A stretch of DNA of 64,000 nucleotides from Cyclobacteriaceae bacterium (GTDB lineage: Bacteria > Bacteroidota > Bacteroidia > Cytophagales > Cyclobacteriaceae): contig JBARUK010000004.1 of the NCBI GenBank assembly GCA_049645705.1, positions 105,873 through 169,872 on the forward strand, written 5' to 3'. The notes beneath the pieces were generated by a model, which worked only from the letters and a program-made list of their open reading frames with translations, did no database searches and was not told where the DNA came from. Of this stretch, positions 36,859 through 46,906 are shown piece after piece; positions within the stretch are counted from its first letter, which is position 1; each line of letters begins with the position of its first letter. Made by a program: the position numbers and the translations under genes.

Positions 36859-38019
36859 ATGGCAGAGATCCTCATTATTGATGATGAGAAAAGTATCCGC
36901 TCCACCCTGCGGGAAATTCTCGAATACGAAAAATTTAAGGTGGATGAGGCGGCCGACGGCGAAGAAGGCCTGGCCAAACTGAAAAAGAAGGACTACGATG
37001 TAGCCCTCTGTGACATCCGTATGCCCAAGATGGATGGTCTGGAAGTGCTGGACCACGCCCTCAAACTGGGTAAGGAGACACAGTTTATCATGATATCCGC
37101 CCACGGTACAATAGAAACAGCCGTAGAAGCCACTAAAAAAGGTGCCTACGATTTTCTGGAAAAGCCGCCGGACCTGAACCGCCTGCTGATAACCATCCGT
37201 AATGCGATGGACAAGTCGGAGCTGGTAACTGAAACCAAGAAACTGAAGCGTCGCATAAACCGGGCCTACGATATCATAGGCGAGTCAGACACGATAGTGG
37301 ATGTAAAGGACACTATCGAAAAAGTGGCTCCTACCGATGCCCGTGTCCTGATCACCGGACCCAACGGTACCGGTAAGGAACTCGTAGCCCGGTGGCTGCA
37401 TGCCAAGAGTCAGCGCTCAGGCGGCCCTATGATAGAGGTCAACTGCGCCGCTATCCCTTCCGAGCTGATCGAGAGCGAACTCTTCGGACACGAGAAAGGC
37501 GCCTTTACCTCAGCGGTAAAGCAGCGCATCGGTAAGTTTGAGCAGGCTAATGGTGGTACGCTGTTCCTGGACGAGATCGGCGATATGAGCCTTTCTGCCC
37601 AGGCCAAAGTACTCCGTGCCCTGCAGGAGAACAAGATCACACGGGTAGGTGGTGACAAAGAAATAAAAGTGAACGTACGGGTGGTTGCAGCCACCAATAA
37701 GGACCTGCGAAAGGCTATATCAGACAACGAGTTCAGGGAAGACCTTTACCACAGGCTGAGCGTGATCCTGATACAGGTGCCCCCGCTCAGAGACCGTAAG
37801 GATGACATTCCATTACTGGCCGACCGCTTCCTGAATGACCTGGCTAACGAGTACGGCTCGAAAAAGAAGGCCATCTCAGATGATGCCATCAAGCAACTGC
37901 AGACATACGACTGGACAGGAAATATCCGCGAACTGCGTAACGTGATCGAGCGGCTTATGATCATGTGCGGAGATGAGATCCAGGCAAATGACGTGAAACG
38001 GTACACGGATTTCGGATAA
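36859..38019 (+). CDS. Sigma-54-dependent response regulator (REC plus AAA+ activator) lacking a C-terminal HTH DNA-binding domain
   Basis: REC domain with a D-box (ALCDIRMPKMDG). AAA+ sigma-54 activator with Walker A GPNGTGKE, GAFTSA (a GAFTGA variant) and ESELFGHEKGAFT. The protein ends about 20 aa after the sensor-II region (NIRELRNVIERL). Confidence 0.85.
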   Translation: MAEILIIDDEKSIRSTLREILEYEKFKVDEAADGEEGLAKLKKKDYDVALCDIRMPKMDGLEVLDHALKLGKETQFIMISAHGTIETAVEATKKGAYDFLEKPPDLNRLLITIRNAMDKSELVTETKKLKRRINRAYDIIGESDTIVDVKDTIEKVAPTDARVLITGPNGTGKELVARWLHAKSQRSGGPMIEVNCAAIPSELIESELFGHEKGAFTSAVKQRIGKFEQANGGTLFLDEIGDMSLSAQAKVLRALQENKITRVGGDKEIKVNVRVVAATNKDLRKAISDNEFREDLYHRLSVILIQVPPLRDRKDDIPLLADRFLNDLANEYGSKKKAISDDAIKQLQTYDWTGNIRELRNVIERLMIMCGDEIQANDVKRYTDFG

Positions 38020-38040
38020 AAAGCAGTACACATAACTTAT

Positions 38041-38066
38041 AAAGGGCCCTGGGGCCCTTTTTTTAT
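38041..38066 (+). terminator. Intrinsic terminator after the sigma-54 activator gene
   Basis: AAAGGGCC-ctgg-GGCCCTTT followed by TTTTT. Confidence 0.7.
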
Positions 38067-38270
38067 GAACCAGTACGTAACGATCGTATCTAAAGAAATA
38101 CTATAAGGGATAAATGGGTTCATAAAACAGCACACTCGTTTCTTCATGTGTTGTATAAAAAGATGACTCGCCGGTACCGGGCTCACGTAACTAGAGTATC
38201 ACTGCTTATTTTGCCGGGCTATCAGGCATAGGGTTCATACTAATACGATTTGTAAATCCACATAAAAGCA

Positions 38271-38299
38271 AAAGACCGCCGGGATGGCGGTCTTTTTTT
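38271..38299. terminator. Intrinsic terminator-like hairpin in an ORF-free region
   Basis: AGACCGCC-gggat-GGCGGTCT followed by TTTTTTT, with A-rich sequence upstream. Confidence 0.5.
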
Positions 38300-38403
38300 A
38301 GATTTCCTCGTGCTATTCCTACGTATTGGCAGGAGTAGTAAAGTATCCAAAAGAGTCTTTTATAGGTTAAAGCGACTCTTTCATCTCATTAACTCACACG
38401 GAA

Positions 38404-38532
38404 TCACACCTTTTCGGTGCGAATAATATCATTTTTCTGTACATCATCCTTAGTATACGTAGGGCAGGTACGCTGAGCACATGCACTTAAACCAAAGATG
38501 AATAGACCTACAAGTAATATACTAGTTTTCAT
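38404..38532 (-). CDS. Candidate small lipoprotein (42 aa), below the ORF-track size cut-off
   Basis: MKTSILLVGLFIFGLSACAQRTCPTYTKDDVQKNDIIRTEKV. Clear signal peptide with lipobox LSAC. The ORF is ATG-initiated with a TGA stop. Confidence 0.35.
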   Translation of the reverse strand: MKTSILLVGLFIFGLSACAQRTCPTYTKDDVQKNDIIRTEKV

Positions 38533-38640
38533 AAGAGTAAATTTTTAACCAATAGCACGAATCTATTTGTGTGATTCAACTAATAACGGTTATCTCAGAC
38601 TAAAAAACAAATTTATCAAAAAATATTACATAAAAATAAT

Positions 38641-39648
38641 TTACCGTATCAGCAATAAATTACACCCTCTTACATCCGTATTATCCATACGCCCAAGTAC
38701 TTCGACCCCGCCCTCGGGATGGTAGCGCCCTACATCCTGTGTTTCTATAAAAGCACAGGAGTCTATATTGGCCAGGTCCACGATATTCACTCCGCCACTG
38801 CGGAGTGAATTGTCTATGCAAAAAGGATCATTTATGTCCCGTATAAACAGTTTCATCCAGGGAGATGTTCGAAAACGCCCGTCTTCTAAAGCATATGCCT
38901 GGCTCAGAAGTTCTGTCATACCATACTCAGAATGTACCCCGCCCACCCCGAATGATTGTTTTAGTTCAGCATGAACTTCCTTACGCACCATTTCTTTGCG
39001 GCGGCCCTTCATACCGCCCGTCTCCATGATCATAACGTCTTTTACTGATCTTTTGTATACCGAAGACAGGTCTAGTAGTGCAAACGTTACCCCCATAAGC
39101 AAAACCCTCCTTCCACCCAGCTTATCAGGATTATCCGTCAGCTCATTTATCGTATCAGTCAGACTATCAAAGTCATCCAGGTAAAACCCTGAATAATCTG
39201 AGCCAGACTTTTCCATAAAATACTTCGCCATATATACCAAAGAACTACTATCTCTCTCCAAATACCCCGGTAGCAGAGCAAGGATATGGTACCCGGACAG
39301 CGGCCCGTACATAGATTCGAAAATGGCTTCAGATACATTATGGTAAAAGGCCAAGTCACGAACATAGTGGCGGCTGGGTATAGTGCCGGTCGTACGGCTA
39401 CTCTCAAATACCTTTTCCTCCTGCCATGTGCCCGTTTTTACCTCGTGCTGCTTAAAGAAAGATATAGGCAGGAACGGAATATCTTCTACCTGATTTATCT
39501 GATATACGTCCTTTCCAAGCGCGTCAATGTAGCTGCGATACAGCTCGTTATTCTCATACTGGTACCGAAATACGGTAAGCGCTGCAGGGATAAAATCCTC
39601 CTCACGTAGCGAAAGCAGGTTATTACGTATATTTTCTATACCCTCCAT
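38641..39648 (-). CDS. LuxE/PaaK-like adenylate-forming enzyme (acyl-protein synthetase family)
   Basis: 335 aa. AMP-binding-like P-loop SSRTTGTIPS, and an ETGGMKGRRKEM block as in the LuxE family. Confidence 0.5.
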   Translation of the reverse strand: MEGIENIRNNLLSLREEDFIPAALTVFRYQYENNELYRSYIDALGKDVYQINQVEDIPFLPISFFKQHEVKTGTWQEEKVFESSRTTGTIPSRHYVRDLAFYHNVSEAIFESMYGPLSGYHILALLPGYLERDSSSLVYMAKYFMEKSGSDYSGFYLDDFDSLTDTINELTDNPDKLGGRRVLLMGVTFALLDLSSVYKRSVKDVMIMETGGMKGRRKEMVRKEVHAELKQSFGVGGVHSEYGMTELLSQAYALEDGRFRTSPWMKLFIRDINDPFCIDNSLRSGGVNIVDLANIDSCAFIETQDVGRYHPEGGVEVLGRMDNTDVRGCNLLLIR

Positions 39649-39737
39649 GGGAGTTTTTTACTTTTCGATTGTCAAACATACGTACCAGACGGATTATTTC
39701 GTTAAATTTCTGGTTGTTATAGGGAATAAGGTATTCT

Positions 39738-40418
39738 ATGAAAAATAGTTATTTATCGCTTATCGCTGTTTTTTTGATCGCTGTCGGGTGTTATCCTCCA
39801 CCGGAATACCCCGATGCGCCGTCCATATCTTTTAATGACGTTACTTTCTACAACAATGCCACCGGTACAGACAGCCTGGTGCTCTCTCTGAACTTCAGGG
39901 ACGGGAACGGTGACCTGGGTCTGCGGCCTTCGGAAAATGACGAACCTTACAATCCTATAAACTACCCCCGCGATAGTGAGGGTAATCTGATAGAAAGAGG
40001 AAGCAGCCCCTCTCTGCCGGACGATGATTGCTCATACGTGACCCGCCTGTTCGTTATCGAAGGCGATTCGGTATATAGAGACATTTACATCGAGCCGAAC
40101 GAAAATCATTTCAATATCGATGTCGAATTCCTTGTAAAGAACGGCGCCACTTTTGAACCATTCGACTTCAGGGCCATCTACCCGGATGACTGCGGGCTTA
40201 ACTTCAATGGCCGCTTTCCACTGTTACAGGACGATGACGACTTGGGTAGCGGACCAATAGAGGGTATACTAAACTACCGCATGAAGTCGCCGGTATGGAA
40301 CGTATTCTTTGCTCCTGATGACTCACTAAGGCTCAGGGTGCAGATCAGAGACCGTGCTCTTAATGCCAGTGAGGAAATACTTACCCCTCCCTTTACCTTA
40401 CAAGGTGTCACCAATTAA
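39738..40418 (+). CDS. Hypothetical lipoprotein
   Basis: Lipobox IAVGCY, 226 aa, no recognisable family. Confidence 0.5.
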   Translation: MKNSYLSLIAVFLIAVGCYPPPEYPDAPSISFNDVTFYNNATGTDSLVLSLNFRDGNGDLGLRPSENDEPYNPINYPRDSEGNLIERGSSPSLPDDDCSYVTRLFVIEGDSVYRDIYIEPNENHFNIDVEFLVKNGATFEPFDFRAIYPDDCGLNFNGRFPLLQDDDDLGSGPIEGILNYRMKSPVWNVFFAPDDSLRLRVQIRDRALNASEEILTPPFTLQGVTN

Positions 40419-41074
40419 GACTCCGAAGCCAGACGGGCCAGAAACTGCCTGAACTCTTCTGTATCGAAATCTGCCATGCCTTCCCGCACCATTCGTATGT
40501 GGCCCTTTTTGTCTATAACGAATGTAGATGGGATGCTGCCGGTACGGTACATGCCTGGCAGCCCGCCGCCGTATGGCGGAACCTGGTAAACCGGCAGGTC
40601 ATCAAAGTCCTTTCTTTCAATAAAGGCCTGCAGCTTTTCCCTGTCCTTATCCGAGCTGATCAGTACAAAGGATACATTATCTGAGCCGACATCTTCGTAC
40701 AGACGGGCAATTCCCGGCATTTCAGCCACACAGGGAGGGCACCAAGTAGCCCAGAAGTTTAAGAAGAGCACCTTACCCTTGTGGTCTGATAACAATATGG
40801 GATGATCCTGCATATCTATCAGAGGGAAATCAAGGTCTGCTACTTTCGCCGCCTCCTGCTCCAGGTCCGGCTTCATCAGGCCTGTATACAATAATAGTCC
40901 CTGCACCCGCCCGATAACTTCTACATGGTACCCGGTCAGGTAGAGCGTGCCTGCCACAGTTACCCATAGTACCGGTTCGAGCCATCGCTTATTCTGTTTC
41001 CAAAACTTCATCTGTACAAAGGTAGCATATTGTGATTTTTCGGGGTGTAACCAAGGTGACATAAGCTGCCTCAA
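40415..41074 (-). CDS. TlpA/ResA-like thiol-disulfide oxidoreductase (thioredoxin fold)
   Basis: WATWCPPC active site plus an N-terminal membrane anchor. The internal ATG MKFWKQNKRW is the likely true start. Confidence 0.8.
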   Translation of the reverse strand: MRQLMSPWLHPEKSQYATFVQMKFWKQNKRWLEPVLWVTVAGTLYLTGYHVEVIGRVQGLLLYTGLMKPDLEQEAAKVADLDFPLIDMQDHPILLSDHKGKVLFLNFWATWCPPCVAEMPGIARLYEDVGSDNVSFVLISSDKDREKLQAFIERKDFDDLPVYQVPPYGGGLPGMYRTGSIPSTFVIDKKGHIRMVREGMADFDTEEFRQFLARLASES

Positions 41075-41106
41075 ACGTAAGGCACCGGACCAAGAGTATT
41101 ACCCAT

Positions 41107-41140
41107 AAAAAAGGGCCTGTAATGGCCCTTTTCTTTATTG
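41107..41140 (-). terminator. Intrinsic terminator downstream of hemL
   Basis: AAGGGCC-tgtaat-GGCCCTT. On the minus strand the hairpin is followed by TTTTTTATG. Confidence 0.6.
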
Positions 41141-41158
41141 TTTTCAGCTTCAACTGAA

Positions 41159-42457
41159 TTACAGTCCTTCTATCTCTTTCAGGCTTTCGTAGTTTGCTTT
41201 CACAATTTTCTCTATCTCCTCCTCACCAATAGCATCTGAAATGAACAAGGCCTCGAACTGACTAGGTGCCAGGTAGATGCCACGATCCAGCATGGCTCTG
41301 AAATACTTGCCGAACTTGACTGTATCACAGGCTTTTGCCGTTTCGAAATTATGTACTTCCTTATCAGTAAAGAAGAGGCAGCACATAGACCCAATATGGG
41401 TAGTGGTATAGTTAAGGCCCAGGCTCTTGAGGTTTTCTCGGATACCTTCTACGATCTTACCCGTTTTGCTTTCCAGCCTTTTGTATAAGTCTGAATCATC
41501 ATTTAGCTGATTTAGCATGGCTAGCCCTGCCGCCATGGCTATGGGATTTCCTGACAGGGTACCTGCCTGGTATACCGGGCCGGATGGCGACACAAACTCC
41601 ATTATCTCTTTCTTACCGCCGTAAGCACCCACGGGCATACCTCCGCCTATGATCTTGCCCAGGGTCGTTATATCGGGCATGACGCCCAGCAGCTCCTGCG
41701 CTCCGCCGGGAGCCAGCCGGAAGCCAGTCATCACCTCATCGAATATGAGTACGATACCCTCATCAGTACACAACTGGCGCAGCCCGCTCAGGAAACCTTC
41801 CTTCGGCAACACACAGCCCATGTTTCCGGCTACAGGTTCTATGATCACTGCCGCTACATTGTCTTTATTAGCACGCACCAGTTCTTTCACCTTTTCCAGA
41901 TCATTGAACGGGGTAGTCAGCGTGTCCACTGCAGTGCCTTTTGTTACGCCGGGGCTGTCCGGAATACCCATAGTAGCCGCACCACTACCCGCTGCTATAA
42001 GGAAGCTGTCTCCATGGCCGTGATAACAGCCACTGAACTTAATGATCTTTTCGCGATCAGTATAGCCCCTAGCCAGCCTGGCGGCAGACATGGTAGCTTC
42101 AGTACCACTGTTTACCATCCGTACCTTTTCTACTGAAGGTACCATCGAGGTGATAAGTTTGGCTATCTCGATCTCACGCGCCGTAGGGGCTCCGAAAGAC
42201 AGAGAATGGCCTACTGCCTGCTGCACGGCCTCCTGGATTCGGGAGTTGGCATGCCCCAGGATCATCGGCCCCCAGCTGTTGATCAGTTCTACATACTCAT
42301 TGCCATCGGCATCTTCTACGTAAGCACCTTTGGCCGATTTTATAAACAGGGGGTCACCTCCCACGGCTTTGAATGCACGTACGGGGGAGTTTACACCACC
42401 AGGGATATACTGTTGGGCTTCTTTAAAAAGTTGACGACTGCGGTCGTGTGAGAGCAT
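41159..42457 (-). CDS. hemL: Glutamate-1-semialdehyde 2,1-aminomutase
   Basis: 432 aa class-III aminotransferase. Conserved SGTEATMSA and PLP lysine context; full-length match to HemL. Confidence 0.9.
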   Translation of the reverse strand: MLSHDRSRQLFKEAQQYIPGGVNSPVRAFKAVGGDPLFIKSAKGAYVEDADGNEYVELINSWGPMILGHANSRIQEAVQQAVGHSLSFGAPTAREIEIAKLITSMVPSVEKVRMVNSGTEATMSAARLARGYTDREKIIKFSGCYHGHGDSFLIAAGSGAATMGIPDSPGVTKGTAVDTLTTPFNDLEKVKELVRANKDNVAAVIIEPVAGNMGCVLPKEGFLSGLRQLCTDEGIVLIFDEVMTGFRLAPGGAQELLGVMPDITTLGKIIGGGMPVGAYGGKKEIMEFVSPSGPVYQAGTLSGNPIAMAAGLAMLNQLNDDSDLYKRLESKTGKIVEGIRENLKSLGLNYTTTHIGSMCCLFFTDKEVHNFETAKACDTVKFGKYFRAMLDRGIYLAPSQFEALFISDAIGEEEIEKIVKANYESLKEIEGL

Positions 42458-42460
42458 ATA

Positions 42461-44164
42461 TCAGTTATTTACAATCTTAAGTTCTGCTTCTTCGAACCGG
42501 ATAATAGGTACGATCTGGTTGTCATTATGCCCCTGGAAGCTAATACCGGACATAAGGCGGCCCTGCTCTACGGGGGTGTTTTCAAAACCCGACTGGAAGT
42601 ACATGCCGTACTTATCCAGCATATGGCCCATCACCATTATAGACTCATAGCCAAGGTAGGCAAAGCGGTTAGGCAGTGATTTGGTCTTCTCAATATACTT
42701 TTGCTTGAACGCTTCGGTAACGCCACCTGAATACAGGGTGTAGTCAGGGTCTACGAAGTACAGGCCGAGGCTTTCTGCCTGTTCGAAATTGATAAAAGAC
42801 AGGTCCAACCACTCACCGGGTGCTATGGCCGGCACGGGTTTTTCCAGTCTTTCCAATATAGAGATAGCACTGGCAGCAGACAGCGTGGATGTACCGGCAA
42901 TGAAAATATGGCCGGGGATCTCCTCTTTGCTGCGTTTGTTCACGTAATCAAATAGTGTTCCGAAGGCTCCGCGCTCATCTCCCTCAGATATTTTCACGGA
43001 ACGGAGTATCTCAAAGCCCTTTGCCCGGATCTCAGCAGCATAAGTAGCTGCTTTTAAAGAATCCCTTTCATTGTCTTCGTAAAAAATTATTGCCTTACGG
43101 TTCTCAAAGGCTGTTTCAGCAAACTCAGCGGCTTTTCTGCCCTGTGTTTCCTGGGTGGGAAGGAACAGGAAGCTGAAAGGATTGTCCCGAACAATATCAC
43201 TGTTAGTACTGAGAGGGTTCAGCATATTGATCTTGTGCCGGTAGCTGAAATCAGACACGACTTTGAACGGACCGGGAAACAATGGCCCCACGAACAGGTC
43301 CATATTATACATCTCGGGCTGGTTAATAAGCCTGGCAGTAGCAAGACTGTCCCTGCGTGTATCATAGGCAAACAGGCGAAGCTCTATACCTTCGTCCATA
43401 AGATCCTGCACGGCCACTTCCATGCCGGTGTAGAGGTCGAGTACGAACTGGTTCCTGGCCCGTCCGCTGTTGCTTTCCAGCTCTTCCAGCAGAAAGGGCA
43501 GAACAGCAGCCACATTATAGTATGGCTTTTTCACCACACGGTCGGACCGTACGGATACGAAATCCTCTTCTTTCAGATCAAATTCAGATATCAGGAAATC
43601 CAGCATAGCCTTGTCCTGCTCCATCACAGGTCGCGAAGATATTTTCTCTGCCAGCACCAGGGCTACCTCTCTGTCGTAGGTATACTCACTGATCAGTTCT
43701 TTAAGTGGATCTATGCCTTGTATCTGCCGCAAGTGGTAAAGCTTCATTTTGCTCACCTCTTTATCTATGCCCCTGCCTTTTATGTCTTTAGTAACCCCAA
43801 GGGCGCGGTTGTAGTCACCCTGCTCGAAGTTTATAAGGGCCTGCCAGTATTTTACCTCATTGATCTTACTCCACTGGGGGTAGCGCTGACGCACCTGCTG
43901 CAGCATACTGTTGGCTACGTCCTTCTTACCTGCATAGTAGGCTGAGAGGGCAAAGTAAAATGAGGCATACTCGTCGTATATATTAGTTGGTGCATCGGTA
44001 GTGGCGGGCCGGAAAGCTTCCATAGCCAGTGCATAGCGGCCTTCCTGGAAGAGCGCCTTACCATTCAGAAACTTATTTCGGTAATCCTGCGCCTGTGCAG
44101 GATTGCTGACAGTACCGGCAGTAAGTGCCAGTATGAGTATGCTTAAAAAAAATGCTTTATTCAT
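42461..44164 (-). CDS. Secreted TPR plus periplasmic-binding-protein (type 1) domain protein (LpoA-like architecture)
   Basis: Signal peptide, N-terminal TPR-like helices, and a C-terminal Leu/Ile/Val-binding-like PBP fold (VGPLFPGPFK...). Confidence 0.45.
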   Translation of the reverse strand: MNKAFFLSILILALTAGTVSNPAQAQDYRNKFLNGKALFQEGRYALAMEAFRPATTDAPTNIYDEYASFYFALSAYYAGKKDVANSMLQQVRQRYPQWSKINEVKYWQALINFEQGDYNRALGVTKDIKGRGIDKEVSKMKLYHLRQIQGIDPLKELISEYTYDREVALVLAEKISSRPVMEQDKAMLDFLISEFDLKEEDFVSVRSDRVVKKPYYNVAAVLPFLLEELESNSGRARNQFVLDLYTGMEVAVQDLMDEGIELRLFAYDTRRDSLATARLINQPEMYNMDLFVGPLFPGPFKVVSDFSYRHKINMLNPLSTNSDIVRDNPFSFLFLPTQETQGRKAAEFAETAFENRKAIIFYEDNERDSLKAATYAAEIRAKGFEILRSVKISEGDERGAFGTLFDYVNKRSKEEIPGHIFIAGTSTLSAASAISILERLEKPVPAIAPGEWLDLSFINFEQAESLGLYFVDPDYTLYSGGVTEAFKQKYIEKTKSLPNRFAYLGYESIMVMGHMLDKYGMYFQSGFENTPVEQGRLMSGISFQGHNDNQIVPIIRFEEAELKIVNN

Positions 44165-44165
44165 A

Positions 44166-45695
44166 TCACTCCCATTCTATGGTAGCAGGTGGTTTAGAAC
44201 TAATATCGTATACAACTCTATTAACGCCTTTCACGCGGTTGATGATGTCGTTGGACATATCGGCCAGAAACTCGTAGGGCAGGTGGCAGAAGTCTGCAGT
44301 CATGCCGTCTACACTGGTAACTGCGCGCAGGCTGACAACGTTTTCATAGGTACGCTCATCTCCCATAACGCCAACTGACTGAACGGGAAGAAGCACGGCA
44401 CCTGCCTGCCAAACGTCATCATACAAGTTATTATTTTTAAGGCCGCTTATAAATATGTAGTCTACTTCCTGCAATACCCTCACTTTTTCAGGAGTAATAT
44501 CACCGAGTATCCTGATGGCCAGACCCGGCCCGGGGAAAGGATGCCGCCCAAGGATAGTCTGCTCCAGCCCCAGCGTTTTGCCTACCCGCCTTACTTCGTC
44601 CTTAAATAAGCTATTAAGCGGCTCTACTACCTTTAAGTTCATACGTTCCGGCAGGCCGCCTACGTTATGGTGGCTTTTGATGGTGGCCGAAGGGCCTTTT
44701 ACAGATACAGACTCGATCACATCGGGATAGATGGTGCCCTGGGCCAGCCACTTCACATTCTGAATAGCGTGAGCCTCCTTATCGAACACATCGATGAACA
44801 CCTTGCCAATGGCTTTCCGCTTGGCTTCGGGGTCGGAAATACCCTCCAGCGCACTATAGAAATCCTGGCTTGCATCTACACCCTTCACATTAAGGCCCAT
44901 GTGCTTGTAGCTTTCCAGCACTTCCTGGAATTCGTTCTTACGCAGCAGGCCATTATCCACAAATATGCAGTGCAGGTTCTCCCCAACTGCCTGGTGAATG
45001 AGCATAGCAGCTACCGATGAGTCTACCCCGCCGGACAGACCAAGTACAACCTTGTCATTACCCAGCTTTTGCTTAAGTGAGGCTACAGTATCTTCCACAA
45101 AGGTATCGGGCGTCCAGTCCTGATGGCATCCGCTGATATGGACTACGAAATTTCGGAGTATGGTCTTGCCCTCCAGACTATGTGTTACCTCGGGGTGAAA
45201 CTGGATACCGTATGTTTCCTCACCCTCTACCTTATAAGCTGCCACTTCCACATTAGGCGTGCTGGCAATAGTTTTAAAGTTATCCGGAAGGCTCTTGATC
45301 GTATCGCCGTGGCTCATCCACACCTGGCTGTTCAGGTTTATTTCCTTGAGCAGCTGGTAGTGAGTATCTACTTTGGCCAGTTTAGCCCGCCCGTATTCAC
45401 GAATTTGCGAAGGGAGTACGTGGCCGCCTCCGCGGTGGGCCATGAGCTGGGCACCATAGCAGATGCCCAGTACGGGAAGCTTACCGCGCAAGGCGGAGAG
45501 ATCAGGCTCAGGGGAACCCTCATCCCGGACCGAACAGGGACTGCCGGAAAGGATCACACCCTTAACAGACCCGTCTATCTCGGGGATGTTGTTATAAGGA
45601 TGGATTTCGCAGTATACGTTCAGTTCTCTTACCCTTCTGGCAATAAGCTGGGTATACTGTGAACCGAAGTCAAGTATCAGTATCTGTTCGTTCAT
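44166..45695 (-). CDS. guaA: GMP synthase (glutamine-hydrolysing)
   Basis: GATase1 domain (GICYGAQL, catalytic Cys) and an ATP-PPase domain with the SGGVDSSV P-loop. The C-terminus IEWE is conserved. Confidence 0.9.
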   Translation of the reverse strand: MNEQILILDFGSQYTQLIARRVRELNVYCEIHPYNNIPEIDGSVKGVILSGSPCSVRDEGSPEPDLSALRGKLPVLGICYGAQLMAHRGGGHVLPSQIREYGRAKLAKVDTHYQLLKEINLNSQVWMSHGDTIKSLPDNFKTIASTPNVEVAAYKVEGEETYGIQFHPEVTHSLEGKTILRNFVVHISGCHQDWTPDTFVEDTVASLKQKLGNDKVVLGLSGGVDSSVAAMLIHQAVGENLHCIFVDNGLLRKNEFQEVLESYKHMGLNVKGVDASQDFYSALEGISDPEAKRKAIGKVFIDVFDKEAHAIQNVKWLAQGTIYPDVIESVSVKGPSATIKSHHNVGGLPERMNLKVVEPLNSLFKDEVRRVGKTLGLEQTILGRHPFPGPGLAIRILGDITPEKVRVLQEVDYIFISGLKNNNLYDDVWQAGAVLLPVQSVGVMGDERTYENVVSLRAVTSVDGMTADFCHLPYEFLADMSNDIINRVKGVNRVVYDISSKPPATIEWE

Positions 45696-45772
45696 GGCGC
45701 AAAAATAATACCTTGACTAAAGTTTACCCTATCCGGAGGCTAAAATGTTCTACCCTGCGGGTAAAATTGGCC

Positions 45773-46906
45773 TTACAGGGTTCCTTTAGTACTGGGAAGG
45801 TTATCTATTTCCTTCACATCACGCCTGAGTGCCATTTTTACAGCCCGCGCAAATCCTTTGAAGATAGCCTCGATCTTATGATGCTCGTTATCACCTTCTA
45901 CTTTGATATTGAGATTACAGCGGGCAGCATCGGCAAAGCTTTTAAAGAAATGATAGAACATTTCGGTAGGCATGTCACCTATCTTTTCCCGGTTAAAATC
46001 TGCCTGCCATACCAGCCAGGGGCGACCGCCGAAGTCAATGGCTACCCTAGCCATGGCATCGTCCATAGGCAGCATAAAGCCATAGCGGGCCATGCCCTTT
46101 TTATCTTTCAGGGCGTCCGCAAATGCCTGCCCCAGGGCAAGCGCAGTATCTTCGATAGTATGGTGCTCATCTATGTGCAGGTCACCTTTTACCTTCACCT
46201 TCAGATTTATCATGCCATGCTTGCCTATCTGCTCCAGCATATGATCAAAAAAGCCCAGGCCAGTGCTTATATCAGAGGTGCCATTACCATCCAGGTTCAG
46301 GTCTATCAGTATGTCCGTTTCGCTGGTAGTACGACGCACAGATGCTTTACGTACAGGCATTTTCAGAAATTCGAATATACGGTCCCAGTTTTCGGTCACC
46401 AGCGCCGCTTCGGATTCCGTTGCTTTCGGGGCTATCATAATGGCCTTGCACCCCAGGTTTTTGGCCAGTAGCACGTCTGACTGGCGGTCACCGATCACGT
46501 AGCTGCCTTTCATATCATACACTTCCGAGTCCATATATTGGGTAAGCATTGCCGTCCCGGGCTTACGGGTTGGGGCATTTTCATGCTCAAAAGTGCGGTC
46601 TACATGTATGGCAACAAAGTGGACGTTCTCACCCTCCAGGGTTTTTAGCATTTTATACTGGGCCGGCCAGAAGGTATCTTCAGGAAAGCTGTCAGTTCCC
46701 AGGCCGTCCTGGTTAGTTACCAGCACCAGCTCAAAGTCCGTTTGCTCGGCCAGTTTCCGGAGGTTGCTAATGGCTTTGGGCAGGAACTCCAGTTTTTCCA
46801 GTGAGTCTACCTGGTAGTCTGTGGGCGGTTCTTTGATGATAGTACCGTCACGGTCTATAAAAAGCACCTTCTTCAGTGGCTTTACGGGTTGGTCTTCACT
46901 GCTCAT
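45773..46906 (-). CDS. hisB: Bifunctional histidinol-phosphatase / imidazoleglycerol-phosphate dehydratase
   Basis: N-terminal HAD domain (FIDRDGTI) and C-terminal IGPD (two HxxE/ DxHH-type metal motifs). Confidence 0.9.
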   Translation of the reverse strand: MSSEDQPVKPLKKVLFIDRDGTIIKEPPTDYQVDSLEKLEFLPKAISNLRKLAEQTDFELVLVTNQDGLGTDSFPEDTFWPAQYKMLKTLEGENVHFVAIHVDRTFEHENAPTRKPGTAMLTQYMDSEVYDMKGSYVIGDRQSDVLLAKNLGCKAIMIAPKATESEAALVTENWDRIFEFLKMPVRKASVRRTTSETDILIDLNLDGNGTSDISTGLGFFDHMLEQIGKHGMINLKVKVKGDLHIDEHHTIEDTALALGQAFADALKDKKGMARYGFMLPMDDAMARVAIDFGGRPWLVWQADFNREKIGDMPTEMFYHFFKSFADAARCNLNIKVEGDNEHHKIEAIFKGFARAVKMALRRDVKEIDNLPSTKGTL

